DNA of 64,000 bases from Rhodosorus marinus CCMP1338 (Eukaryota; Plantae; Rhodophyta), in contig JAMWBK010000013.1 of assembly GCA_029953675.1 (NCBI GenBank), positions 930,001 through 994,000 on the forward strand. The letters are read 5' to 3'. The position numbers and the translations under genes are program-made. Of this stretch, positions 12,101 through 25,589 are shown piece by piece; position 1 is the first letter of the stretch, and each line of letters starts with the position of its first letter. A model generated the notes under the pieces. It did not search any database, was not told the DNA's origin, and saw nothing but the letters and a program-made list of their open reading frames with translations.

Positions 12101-13319
12101 TGTAGCAATTTCAATTCAGGACCTAGAGAGTGAGCCCACACGACAGGGAATGGAATGGGAGTGTTTCTCGGGTTGCGACGTAGGAAGCACTTGCTCACCT
12201 TTCCTGCTGATGTATGCGCTGCGACAAACACGTTCTCTCCCTTCTCAATGTGCATAATCGCTTTCTTCTGAAACGGATCGAGATCGAACGGATACACTTT
12301 AACTGGATCCGGGACGACAGTCGAAAAGTTTGAGCCGTCCGAGGTGTCTTCTGCGGCCCAGGCTTCACTGATGTCTGTTCGTTTTTGGGTGATGAGAAAA
12401 CAAGAGAGGTAGAATGGGTTGAGCCTTTCGAACGCTCGAGGTCCAGGAGGCTAAAATTCGCACGTACTCGAGCGACCCTGACGAGATCGAGAAGCGTCCG
12501 ATTCCTCATTCAGCAATGAATCCAGCTGCAGGATGGTTCCGTCAATATTTTGATCTTCTACGGCTCCGTTCTCGTCTTGATCCTCACCCGTAGGGGAAGA
12601 TTCGTCGTCGTCTGTTTCATCATCGAAGTCATCGTCATCCTCGAGCCCGAAGAGGCTCTCGTCACCTCTCTGAAATACGCTGTCAAGCCTAAACCCATCC
12701 TGCTTCAGGCTGAGCGCAACTCCGGATCGGCTATTATCACCGACGATGTAGTTCTCCCCAGCTGCTGCTGCTGCTCTAGACCTTTTGATCTCCATTTCAT
12801 GGATGTCATCGGCGCTCAGATCATACTGGCTTTGAAGCTGGTAATCTTGCTTTCCAAGGTTGTAGATATCCACCTCCTTCAAACCCTGTTCCAAAAGCCC
12901 GCAGAATGGGGACAAAACAGGTAAAAACGATGGGTTTATACTCCTCGTCATGCTGTCGTGTACGATCTAAACGCTCTTACGGCAATGAACTGAGGAAATT
13001 CTGTGAGGTTGTCTGATCGGCCATCTCGCAGAGCCTCAAGTCGCGCTCTCCCAAACGCCTCATCGACGCCCTTTCGCTTCGGCTTGATCGCCGCTGGTGT
13101 GAAAGGTTTCTGGTTTGTAGTCCCTCTCAGGTAATCAGAAGCCCTGATAGCCTTCCTGATCACCGCCGACGCCTGAGATCCAGACCCACCATCCAATTCA
13201 GGAAGCCGCTCCAGCGCATACTTCCACCGCTCACCATCATGCCCAACGATGCTCAGCACCTCATCACACTCCGTAGGCTCAACTACAAGAGCTGATATCC
13301 AATCAAGCTCCTTTTCCAT
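9171..13319 (-). CDS. SKI2: SKI2/SKIV2L DExH-box RNA helicase, multi-exon
   Basis: [23 protein letters not shown] (split by an intron), [64 protein letters not shown]; C-terminal DSHCT region ending [11 protein letters not shown]. The long N-terminal extension fits SKI2 rather than MTR4. Confidence 0.92.
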
Positions 13320-13856
13320 CCTCTGAAACCCCCTACGAACCCCACAAACCCCACAAACCTGCCCCTTCCCCACCCCCACGCTCCGCAAACATTCGAATCA
13401 ATCCAAAAAATATCTCATTATATCTCCAAATAAAACCAAATCTAGAACTATAGTCTCCTAATATTTACAATAATCATAGAGAGATCTAAGACTATCTCAG
13501 AAAAATCCAAATCTGTAATAACCACCCATAATAGATTTCACTGATCAATACCTGAATTAGCCATTGACAATCCCAACTATAGAAACATGAATCATTTATT
13601 TTACGTGAAACTATTATAATAGACATAAGTTCTTGATATTGGTGTCCTTAAATACAAATTAGACCAAAAGAAGCTACGAGTAGGATAGGTTATCGTCTTC
13701 GACAGGTGATGAAGAGGGGGAGCACTCATGGTCGTTGACCATGGAGCTGCTGGGAGGCAGTTGGCGCGGGGTTGGGGGGATTTTGAGGGCTGGTAGTGGG
13801 ATTTTTACTGATTTTTTTTCCTCTATTTCTGTGTTAGCTTATGAGAATCTTGAAGC

Positions 13857-15010
13857 ATGGAAGCTTTTATAGGATTGAGTGGGAATGGGATTGGGGTTGC
13901 CAGGGGAAGAGAGGTTGGGATCTGTGGGAGGGTACGTCGGTTTGAGACTGACGGGGAGAAGACTGCGTCTTGGAGGGAGGAACTGAAGATACTATTGGAT
14001 CGGAATACTTCGATGGATACTAGGGGAGTTCTGCTGTTTGATATGTTGAAGCAGTCGCCGGAGATTGCGGAGGAGCTGGCAGGGGAGGTGTGCGAGAAGT
14101 CCGGGGCGGATGGCGTCCGTCCTGTTCTGAATCAGATTGTTAACGATGTACTTCCTGAGCTGCCTGATAAAGCGCCATTGATTGCTTCAAAGGTAGAGAG
14201 CTCTTGCGTCCTCGCTGAAACCAGAACTGCTGATCTAATCCGTTTCCCGTCTTTTTCAACTGGTGGCAGGTTTTGAAAGACTTGTCAGAGCTTCCAACGA
14301 CGCTACCGAAGACCGTAGAGGATATCAGAGAATTCAGTCAGAAGAATTCCGCGCAGTTGCCTGAACTCGTCAGGAGGGAAGCCATGAACGTCATGAAGAA
14401 GACGCCGGACGGTTTGGAGACTCCGGACTATACAGTAGTCTTGAGCGCAGAACACTTTGAAGTGCGCGAATATGGTTCGTATGTGATAGCGGAAACGTCC
14501 ATGCCGAGCAAACAGGACTATTCAGAGGCAGAAGCCGTCCAAGCGAGTGCTGATGGGTTTAACACTCTGGCCGGGTACATCTTTGGAGGAAACGAAGAGG
14601 GAGAGAAGATCTCCATGACCACACCAGTAGTCATGGACAGGAATGATGACAAGTCGACTATGAGTTTCGTCCTTCCGTCCAAGTATTCAATGGATAGTGT
14701 ACCCCAGCCAAACTCTCCCAAAGTGACAGTGAAAGAGACTACGACACAGCTCTTCGCTTGTAAGGAATTCCCGGGTTTCGCGACGGAAGGAGAGGCGAAA
14801 CGGCAACTTGCAACGCTCAAATCCTACATTGGGAGGGAGCCGAACATCACCATGGAGGATTCAGAAAGGTACCAGCTCCTCCAGTACAATCCACCCTACA
14901 CCCTTCCGTGGCTTAGGCGCAACGAGATTATGATACCAGTCCTCATGAACGCAGAAGTTGAGGCAGAAGAAGCAGAAGAAGCAGAAGCAGAAGCACCAGA
15001 GTCTGAGTGA
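13857..15010 (+). CDS. SOUL heme-binding protein, likely plastid-targeted, one intron
   Basis: ETPDYTVV...FEVREY, GFNTLAGYIFGGN, KISMTTPV, MSFVLPSKY, YNPPYTLPWLRRNEIMIP. Confidence 0.92.
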
Positions 15011-16552
15011 ACGTGAATGGTGCCACTCCATTTACATCAAACACCGTAGCTTAGTATTGTAAACCGAAAAAGCAAGCGTTTGAAGACATGGCCATGTCCG
15101 AAGGCTCTATGGGGCTAGGAGGAGTGGGCTACTCAAGTAGGATGTGGCTTCAAAGTGCACCAGCCCTTGCGACGTACTCCCAAAAACTCTTGCGGAAGAG
15201 CCTATGCTGTAAAGCATCCATCATCAGCGACGGAATTTGTCCACTAGATGGTGGGGTTCCAGTACGCTACCTCCTTGTTACTGGGCTTCACGGATGGGTC
15301 CATTAGACGCATCTGGGAATATGACGGTGATAGTGATAGGTGATTGTGTAGGTTCTCGTTGGCTTCGTGCTCTCTTTCGTAGCGTTTCAGCGTCTTGTTT
15401 CTCGCTCCTCAGGGTAGTTAGGCTCTGAATAAACGGACGATGAGATTGTAGAAAGCAAAAAGAGCGGATGCCCGTCATTCAGTAGCCGCAATCAGCTCTT
15501 AGCTGCGTGCTAGAGGTTTGAAGTCGATAGCCTGTGCTGTTCATCAGGATCGTTTGTTTTCATCCGTAAAATCCCAACCGACAGACAATGGCCTGTCAAC
15601 TCTGGCAAATGGAACACTTGCTGCACCCATTATTTTTGACTGTCCCATGGTCACCTTGACCGTCTGACCATATAAACTTCCTTCAGGTTTTGTTTTCCGT
15701 AGACGGGGCTACAGGATGGGGTTTGCATTCTATTAATTCCTCTAGAATTCATACACGGCTCAGCGACCAGTGGATCTGATTCCGCTGGCGAGAAAGCGAG
15801 TGCCTAACCTGCCCTCGCCCGATCCTCACCTTTCCCACAGCACGGGCAGGTTCTTTCCTGGAATTTTGATCCGATAACAATTTAAACCAATCGAAAAGCA
15901 TATATCTATGCAAACATCTGATCTCTAGTCTGTCCTACTACGCAAATCCTTCACCACAGTACACCGTCCTATTCCAAAAAAAAGTCCTCAACATGCCCCG
16001 TCCCGACTGTGCAATAGAGTAACTTCGTAGAAACAAAAAATTTCTAAAGCACACACAAAAGATTTTGTCCCAAGAGAAAAAAAAAAAGAAAAAAAATATT
16101 TCCATGCCAAAAGCAACAGTGGCATACACAGAAACCGACGAGAACTAATCTCGAGACAAGGCGAATTTTCAATCAAAAAATTGATTCCGCCGGGTTGTCC
16201 CATATTTTTTTTGGTTTTGGGATGATTGGCGTGGGCCAAGCTTAGGGTTCACAAAGGTGGCGAATGTTACTGTTTTCGGAACGACTATTTAAAGAGGTTT
16301 CCTTTTTGGATCCGGAAGGAAGGAGAAGGGTGGGAAGGAGGGAGGGAGGTGGAGTGGGGGTGGCTAAGGGGGGGTGGGGGTCAGTTTTGGGGCGATTTGT
16401 AGGGATACGGACACTTTTGTCTTATTTAAGAAGGTCGGACTTCGATTTTTAGTGGTTGACTTGGAGGAGTTTCTTTTCGTTTTTTTTTGTGGGAGTGGTG
16501 TGGGGTTGGTTTTTTTTCGGGGGCGGGGTGGGGGGGGGAAGGGGTGGAGGTA

Positions 16553-19333
16553 ATGGAAGATAGCGACGACGACGGAATTTTACTGTCTGCGTTGAAGAAG
16601 AAGAAAGGTGGGAACGATGGAGTTGAGAAGCCGTCTGGCGGAGGAGAGGTGGCGGAGAATAATGTGGGTAAGGACGCGATGGTTGGGGCTGAAACGGTTG
16701 TGGATCGAGTAGAAAGGAATGGAAAGAGGGTTTTTGAGGATGCAGTGGACGATGATGTTCCTCTTTTGTCCCTGAAAAAGATCAGGACTGGGAGTAGTAA
16801 TGCTGAGCCGAAGAAGGCGGCGGTGGTGTCGAATTCGGTAGTCAAGGGAACTGCACAGGCTAAGGATGTCGACGACCTGCCGCTGAGCTCATTGACGAAA
16901 AGAAAGGAACCGGTTTTGGTAAAGAAGAAGTCTTTGACGTTGAAAAGAGCTTCGGTCGATGGTGACCTGCCCCCGTCGTCACTCGCCAAGAAAAAGTCAC
17001 CAGGATCTCCCTTTAAGCGTGCCGTATCAGTCAACAACGATGATGATCTGCCGCTTTCCTCGCTCAAGAAGAAGAGAAGCTCAGGGCTGGAGCAGAGAAA
17101 GATCGTGCCGTTGAAAAATCCGTCCGCACCTAAGAAGGTCATAAAAATCGTGAAAAAATTGAAACCGCAGTCACCTCTCGATCGAAAGGACGAGCCGAAG
17201 ATCGTTTCTCGAAAGTCGAACACTCCAGTCAAGAAGAAAATTGTTGTAAGAAAGGCTATGCCGAAGCCAGCTGGGAAGGCAAATAACCACAGCCTGTCCA
17301 AAGGCAAGGTAAGCAATTCTACGGCTCCATCCAGCGTGGACATACGGAAGGAGGAGTACGTGTTTGTAGGTGGAGAGGAGGACGGTGAGCGGCGATGGTG
17401 GCAGGAGAACATGGATGGAAATGAACAGCGATGGCAGAATCTCTCACACCATGGCGTCCTGTTCCCTCCCCTCTACGAACCTGTTCGAGTCCCACTTATT
17501 TATAACGGAGAAGAGATTGTTCTTCACCCTGCGGCGGAGGAAGTTGCAATGTTTTATGCGGGAAAGCTGACGACGGACTACGTGAAGAAGGACGTATTTA
17601 ACAAGAACTTTTTCTCGGATTTTAAGCAAACCCTGAGGAAGAACGATAGAGAGACCTTCAAGCGCGTTAAGGACTTCAGGAAGTGCAACTTTTCAAGGAT
17701 GCAGGAGCACCTTGATGCAAAGAAGGCAGAGAAAAAGGCGATCCCGGCAGCCGAGCGGAAGAAGATTAGGGAGGAGGAGGCTGAGAGGGTAAAGAAGTAT
17801 ACAGTTGCAACGGTCGACGGTAAGGAGGAGAAGGTCGGCAATTTTAGGATAGAGCCCCCAGCCCTATTTCTGGGGCGAGGAGAGCATCCCCTCATGGGGA
17901 AGGTGAAGAAGCGCATTTGGCCAGAGGATATTACTATTAACATTGGCCCGAAGGATCCAGTACCCGAATGTCCTATTCCAGGCCACAAGTAAGCCATCCC
18001 ATGCAAAGTCTAGTAGAAGGAGGCTAGTCAAGCTTTCGCTTTTGTTGTACTAATATGGCCACTTTCAATCTTTGGAAAAGATGGGGCAAGGTGATTCACA
18101 ACAAGGCCGTCACCTGGCTAGCGTTTTGGAGGGACACGATTACGAACGGATCAAAGTATGTATGGCTAGCCGCGGACTCGAAGTTCAAGACCGTCAGTGA
18201 CGCTGCCAAGTTTGAGAAGGCGAGAAAGCTTCACAAGCACATAGAGAAGATCCGCAAGGACTACAGGCGAGGATGGAAGTCGGAAGACGAGCTGGTGAGG
18301 CAACGATCGGTTGCCCTCTACCTTATCGACAGACTTGCCCTTCGAGTTGGGAACGAGAAAGGAGAGGATGAGGCCGACACTGTTGGCTGCTGCTCATTGA
18401 GAGTAGAGCATCTTACGTTCAACGACCCGGACGTTGTGGAGTTTAATTTTTTAGGAAAGGACTCAATTCGATACGAGAACTCCGTAAAAGTGGAGCGGGG
18501 TGCTTACCTGGGCCTGAAGAAGCTAGCCCGGAAGAAGAAGTCAAGCGATGATATCTTTAACAGATTGACCACCAGCTCGTTGAACGAATACCTCAGGAGC
18601 CTGATGGAAGGGCTAACCGCAAAGGTGTTTCGTACTTACAATGCATCACTAACTTTGGACAGACTTCTTCGACAAGAGGGACAACAGCAAAACGTCAACG
18701 AACAGCTTGTTTTCTACAACCAGCAGAACAAGGAGGTGGCAATCCTTTGCAATCATCAAAGATCTCTGCCCAAGAAGCACGACGAGCAGATGGGAAAGCT
18801 GTCGGTCAAGCACGACGAGACCATTGAGTGGCTAAGGTACACGACTATTCGTGACCACGGCCTTGATTGTTTCTCACCACCTCGCAGATCCCTAACAGAT
18901 TATGTTGTCAATTGGTCCGTCTCGTAGGGAGCTTGAAAGGGCTGCAAAAGAAATGAAGGCGGGCAGAAAGGACTCTGCTGATGTAACGCAGTGGGTACAC
19001 CCCAAGCCAGAGTTAAAGTCTGATATGACGGAAGAGCAGAGGTCTGCAGAAAGGAAGCGTGCTGCGGAAGCTCCGCGGGAAAAGGTCGTGAAGCGGATGA
19101 AGGCCGATTCAGTCCACTTGGCAATCGCAAGAGTCCATGCGAGAATCGATAAGATGAAATCTGAAATGCAGACTAAGGAAGATTTGAAGACAGTGGCACT
19201 TTCAACGAGCAAGCTGAACTACTTGGACCCCCGAATTTCTGTGGCTTGGTGTAAGAAGAACGAGGTACCCTTGGAGAAGGTTTTCTCAAAATCTCTGTAC
19301 AACAAGTTTGCGTGGGCGATGGAGGTAAACTAG
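16553..19333 (+). CDS. TOP1: DNA topoisomerase I (type IB), two introns
   Basis: [76 protein letters not shown]; catalytic Tyr in [10 protein letters not shown]. Confidence 0.98.
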
Positions 19334-21640
19334 ACATCCAGCTGCTGGATAATCAAACCCGCACACAGCATGCTGAGGAAAGGTTTACGTTTTTTGACGT
19401 CTCAGGCTTCGCAGGAATTTTGTTTCTAGCTCGCAACTGTCAGCGGATTGTTTCCCAAATGATCGACTGGGACACTCGTATAAGCGTCGATTGCTCAACA
19501 AGGGTTTGCTCCCACGTCGTGCGGTCGTCAATCGTGGCAGAAGAGTTCCGGAGCCATTGGCTTAGGGCAGATATTTGATGCACAGCCCCATCTTCACGTA
19601 TTCGAACTGACTATCGACCAAGTGGTGCAGAACCTCATGAGGCTCTTGATGCTTGAAGAGGATTAATCACACAAAGCTGAACTTCCTTTGCATCGTTTGC
19701 CAGACGAAAGGAGATCTTGAGCCGAACTTCACCGGACCACCTCCCTGGATATGGACATATTAAATGCTAAAACATGCCGAAGCGTTGAAAACGTAGCCTA
19801 GTCACTGCTGTGTGCATTTTACTTCGTCCGGACTTGCCTCCAGTAGTTTTTTTGATCGCGTGAGTGTCCTTTGTAAGGCAACGCCTCATCTTGGAAGTTT
19901 AAAATCGATCGACAGCCGTCGCGTGCGAAGAATACTGAGAACAGCAAATGACGATCTCGTTCTAGAAAACGTCCACCAATTTGCTGCGGTTGTCATTTAG
20001 GGTGAAGCTTGTTGCTTGACCGCTTAGCCAGTCGCATCTTAAAAGCAAAGGCTTCAACAGCTATCGGTAGTCACAATCTGGAAGACCTAGGAAAAATCCC
20101 CCCTGCTCAGAACCCATCGTTAACTCTCATCTGTACCTTCCAGATCCAACGAGGTGGAACAAAACCACTGTCGGGTGAGACTAGAACGTCTTGCGGAATG
20201 CAGTGTTCGAGGGCGCGATTACATGGATAATGCCTACTCAAACCAATCTACCCCTTAAAAATCTCCCGAGCCAGCACCATTCACAACTGATAAGTATTTG
20301 CAAAAACAAAATTCCGACGAACACCCTGATCGCCCAAGAAAATCCATCAACCCGAACGTGATGGCTGTCCATCCTTTCCGCCACCCACTAGCTCACAGCC
20401 AAAGCCATCCAAAACTCGTCACAATCCGCAATACATGTGATCGGACCTGTTGCCTTCTTAGCTTATCCGCTTAATGGATTCATCCCATCTGAAAAAGCAG
20501 CGAAATTCAATAAAACTGGAAGACAGAATCCGAAAGCGCCAATCGCAACACACAGATCAACTGATCAATCCACCGTTTAGTCCAAAATAGGCTCAATAAA
20601 GATTGATACTTATCATATATATAATTTATTCAAGCTTATCAGTCAATATAAAAATTCGATCTGTTTACCCTCTTTGGTTTGTGTTGATTATCGTTGTCTA
20701 TACAATTTAGGGAGGGGGTATTGAAACAAACATTTTAGTAGATAACTATTGTTTATGGTAATAATATAGGTTTAATGCAAATAAATATTGTTTATCATGA
20801 TGGGTAGCGCGAAAGTAATTTTTGTCTCGACTTGTATTCAGAAAGAAGGGGGAGCGAGGAGGGGGTGTTATTTCAGCGAAAATTCGCATGCGCCTTTTGG
20901 TCAGTTCTGGTAATGCAGAATAGCGACCTACTAGAGGGGGGTATCCCTCGCGAGAGTAAACGAGAAAAATGCTTCGATCTATCATAAAATAGCAGATTTC
21001 TAACCAAATAAGAAAATAAGAAAGGGGGGGGGCGGGTTTATAAGTACTTGACAGCGAACATAGCCCGTTGCTTACATACAGCCCACAAATGTCAAAAATT
21101 AATTAAAAACAAATATAGACACGGAGGGAGAGAATTGGGTAATAAGAAAAGTTTCTAATTTTATACTCAAAAAAGGACGAATTTTTTTTGGGGTGGGTGG
21201 GTAGCGTTTCTATTCCCGACGTGGGAAGCTATTCCTGACCTGACGTGAGAAGCTAATTTTTTGAGTTATTGGAATTTAACACGAAAAACATAAAATGTTG
21301 TCATATTTGGGGGCAAAAATGGGGTCTTTCGTCTGATTTGTAGAGTTTGGGTATTTTCTATTAAAGAAGATGACAAGTAGATGGGAAGCAGTTGGAGTGG
21401 TGCGGGAGGGGAGGAGGAGGAGGAGGAGGAGAAGGGGTTGGGAAGGATATGTATTGTAGGAGGTGAACAAGGATTATAAGGTTAGAGAGAGGAAGGTATG
21501 TTGTATAATTATATAGGCTGATCTATGTGCTGTTAAATTGATTGAGGGGTGTGTTGGGGAAGAAGGGGGTTTGAGACGGACTGTGGAAAGTTGTGAAGAG
21601 CATTTTGGGAAGTTTGGATTGGTTGGGTTTTGTGAAGAAG

Positions 21641-23040
21641 ATGAAGATTCATGAATATCGTTTGGTTTTGCCATGTACTCCTGAGGAGGTGAGTGGATGG
21701 ATTGTGTGGTTGGGTCATCTTCGCGTGTGATTTTTTTTCTTTTTTGACTGCGGCTTTCTGGCCTTTCTCGGTCTGCCATACCCATATGGTTCGTGCGCTT
21801 TTGTGCATTTTTTTGGTGTTCCTTTCTGGCATTCTTGATGAGTCTGATTCTTGGGGGAGGTGAGTGTTTAATGCTAAAAATGGATTTGGTCCTTTTTTCG
21901 TTTTTTTGGCCGATTAGTACCACTTGGCTCAGCTTTACATGGTTGCAAAAGCATCCAGGGAGGAGACCGGGAAGGACAACGCCCAGGAAGGAATTGAGGT
22001 TTTGAAGAATGAGCCATATGAGACAAACAAATTCGGAATGCCACCCGGTCAATATACAGAGAAGGTTTTCTATTTGGGAACGTGAGTGTATCTGAATTTT
22101 TCTATTTCCGCGGGAGCGCGTTTGCAGTGAGTATGGTATTGGTTGTGGTCTTGGAATTGATTTTGGTGGAGATGTGGAAAAGTCACCTTTGGCCTGCACT
22201 CTGCAGGCTTTTGAGGCTTTGATCTAGATAGTGGCCGACCTTGGATAGACATATTGGACGATGACTTCTCGGATCATTCAACTGAAACTCTTTTCCCCCT
22301 GGGTGGTTTTCTTCTTGTGAAACAGCAAAATACCCTCTTACATAGCGGCGCTTCTTCCCGAATCGTTTCTGACTTTGTACGAGTACTCTTGGAATGCGTT
22401 TCCGAAGTGCATGACCGTGTATGAAAACAAATACCTTGGAGAACGTTTTTACATGTCCGTGGAGACGATGCATCTCCCGGATCGAGGTGGCACTGAGAAT
22501 GCGAACAACCTGGGGAAGGAGGATCTGGCAAAATTGAACGTGGAGACTATCGATGTCTCGGATAGCTGTGACGTCAAGATGGAGAAAGGGTACGACCCCG
22601 CGCGGTTCAAGAGTGAGAAAACTGGTCGAGGCCCGTTTGTTCCCGGGTACTACAAAACTGCAGATCCGGTGATGACCTGCTACAAGGTTGTCAGGTTGAA
22701 GTTCAAGGTTCCAATGATGCAGAGTAGCATTGAGAAGTGGGGGCAGTCCAGTGGAATGCGGAGTCCCTTTATTAGCTTCCACCGGAAGCTGATTTGCTGG
22801 ATGGATGAATGGGCAGGGTGGAGCATCGAGGATATTCGAAAGTACGAAGCAGAAACCGCGACAATCGTGAGGGAAAAACTTGCTCAAGGAGGGGCGGGAA
22901 CTGGGGCGGCCAGGAAAAGCACTTCGAGAGTGTCCTCGAAGTCGTCCTCGAAGTCATCTTCGAAGTCTGCCTCGAAGTCTAGCTCGAAGTCGAAGACTTC
23001 GAGCACCTCGAAAGTTGCGGTCGCCCAGAACACGTCCTAA
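21641..23040 (+). CDS. Phosphatidylinositol transfer protein (PITP/IP_trans family), two introns of about 230-245 nt
   Basis: Spliced [16 protein letters not shown]|[13 protein letters not shown]...[11 protein letters not shown]...[10 protein letters not shown]; [35 protein letters not shown]; Ser/Lys tail of SSKS repeats. Confidence 0.93.
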
Positions 23041-23493
23041 AAGTCGATGTCCCCCTCTGTATAGCGGATTTACCCCAAGGCCCAACCAATTTGCCCTTAT
23101 GTTGTACGGCCCCCCCCCAGCAGGTTGAGCCGCGGGATTTTCTAATCGAAGCGTATCCTGTATAAGAGTTGGATTAACTTCTATATAAGATTATGATGAA
23201 TGAACCTATTTGTTTCTATTCACCAGAGCGTCTGGGCTGCCTGACGCGTTTTTATCCGAATCCAGAACGAGCTGCTCAAACAGCAAGTGAAACGCTACGA
23301 GGATTCTGCAGGGCACAAGCACCAGGTCGCACGTAGCAACCCAAAAGGGACGACAAGCGGAATTTATGTCGTCACCGGTTTGGGCCAAGCCTCGCAAAAC
23401 TCGCCGGAACACTCATCTCCCACGCTAGGAAGCGACTTGAGGACGGAGTTGGATGTCTACAAGCATCATCTCAGCTTGAATGCTTTTATCGAA

Positions 23494-25384
23494 TCAAGAG
23501 TCGTCATCGTACACGCAATAGAGGAGTCCCATGCAGATCAGTTGCACTAGGAGCTTGTCGAATCCGGGATCCTCGAGGAGCTGTTCCTGGAGAGCAGCGC
23601 CTTGCAGCACTTTCCTACTACACACGAGTTTCGCGGTTCCGTCCGATTCAGGACTTAGGGGAAAACTCTCCCCATTAATATACAAGACGTCACCGTCGGT
23701 ACCGGCACTTTCCGATGATAGATACGAGAACACCGCTGCCTCTCTGTGCCTCAGCGACACTCCGGCTCCCGACGCAATCTCGGCAACAATACCTGTTGCT
23801 TCACTCTTCGAGACGACCGTGTTCAGCTCATCACCTACGCCCAGTGCATCCCGCTTCGGCAGCGTGACGTATCGAGCATACCAGCGCGCAAACTCGTTGT
23901 CATCTAAGCCGAACAAAGGGTTTCGCAAAAACCGAGCGAGTTAAGTATCCTTGAGTACTAAATAGTCCAGATCCTGTCCATGACCCTACCCAAGTCCAGA
24001 ATCTCCCGAATCGACCTCTGAGCTTCACGAACCGCCTCCTTCGTCAGAATGCCGGGATCCGATGTCGCTCCTTCACCATCGTCCCCATCGCGACCGACGG
24101 TATATTCACATAGATCATCAGAATTGTCACGAACAAAGTCCTTCCTACTCGATACCTTGTTCTCAACCAAGTAGTCCGTGAATGACCTCACAAGCTCGCG
24201 CTTCTCCGGTGCGCGAAGTCCAATAGAGAAAGTCATGCAGCTATCGTCCAGGGATACTCCCCTAGCACAGTACACGTTGATCTGTTAGCTTTGGCATCGA
24301 TGGGGCTGCTCGATCCCAGTCCGTGAAGAGGATGAGATGGATTCCTCTTCAGTATCTCTCTTTAACTTACCAATGAGGAATTCTCGGAGGTACGTAGAGC
24401 ATATCTCCAGGCTCAAGGATCCATTCTTCGCTTACCGAGAAGCCGTTCTTAAGTACTCGGACGTCCTGGAAGATGATATCTCTGAGTTTAGATATGGAGA
24501 CTCTTATGAAGCTAGTGGATGCGATGAAGGGCTTACGCAGTCGCTGATGAGGTTTTCGTCTTCGGGTAGGATCGGAGTATACGACGTTTTCCAGCTACGT
24601 CGTCCCTGGGCTTGAAGCAGGAAGACGTCGAAGCTGTCAACGTGTGGACCGACGCCGCCGCCTTCGGTGGCGTAGGAAACCATGACGTCGTCGAGCCGCC
24701 AGTTTGGTAGGAATCGGAAGTGGTCGAGAAGATCGGAAACTTCTTGGATGTGGCTTTGGTTTTGGAGGGGGCAAAAAGGAAAAGGAGAGAAGTTTTTTTT
24801 TCAGTGCCTCAGGAGTCACGTGTGAGGTTTCAGAACGGATTGTTAAGGTTTGCTTACCCGTTGACTTCCTGGACGAGGAGGGTGTAACACTTCTCGGGGA
24901 GATCCTGAAAATCTGACTCAACGAAAGGCCCGACGCGGAGTTCCCAACTCGGATGAGAACCCTTCTTCGCCCTTTCGTGTTGAGATTCGAGCCCCTCCCA
25001 GTGAATGATCAGACGAGAATCTATATCCTGTTCGCAGGCGAGTCCTGCGAGTTCGTCGGGGGACAGCGGGGACGAGAAAGACCGAAGCGCATTTCTAAAT
25101 AGAACGGGCCGTTTCTGCCAATAATCCTCCAAAAACTTCTTCGCAAGTCTAATATCATAAGTTCGCTCAACGCCACCACCTCCAAGCTCCTTCTCAACCA
25201 GCAGTTGTCCAGGAAACACCCCACGCTCCTCTATACCATCCTCAGAAACAGCACTGCCACCTACTTGAAGCTCAGAAACCCGCGACGATGCGACACATAC
25301 CCTCCGACAACGTCTCTCAACATTCCTAGCTCGGAAACCACCAGTCCAACCAAACGCCAACCACACCAGATTCATCTCCCGCAT
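23494..25384 (-). CDS. RoxA/YcfD-like JmjC ribosomal oxygenase (cupin superfamily), probably organellar, multi-exon
   Basis: FLEDYWQKRPVL, LSPDELAGLA, GPF..DF..LP, FRFLPNWRLDDVMVSYA..GGGVGPHVDSFDVFLLQ, WILEPGDMLYVPPRIPHW|G, CMTFSIGLRAP. The HxD...H triad is intact. Confidence 0.88.
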
Positions 25385-25589
25385 CTCATCTGAACAGTTA
25401 AGTCTCCCAAACCTCAGCAACAGCAGATGGTCTCTCGGTCCCTTCTAAAACAAAAGCGTTTGTTTCGAATCACCGCCTTCTCGAGAGAGCTAATCACTTT
25501 GGAAAAGCAAAATAAAGATGAAATCTATTCGAAGAGATGTCCAGTGCGCCTGCCCGAAAGTCGATTTCCCTCCTCTTCCGTTAGCTCAT

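Noticed and set aside
15085-15098. 14-bp perfect palindrome GACATGGCCATGTC
   Set aside because: A few are expected by chance in 64 kb.
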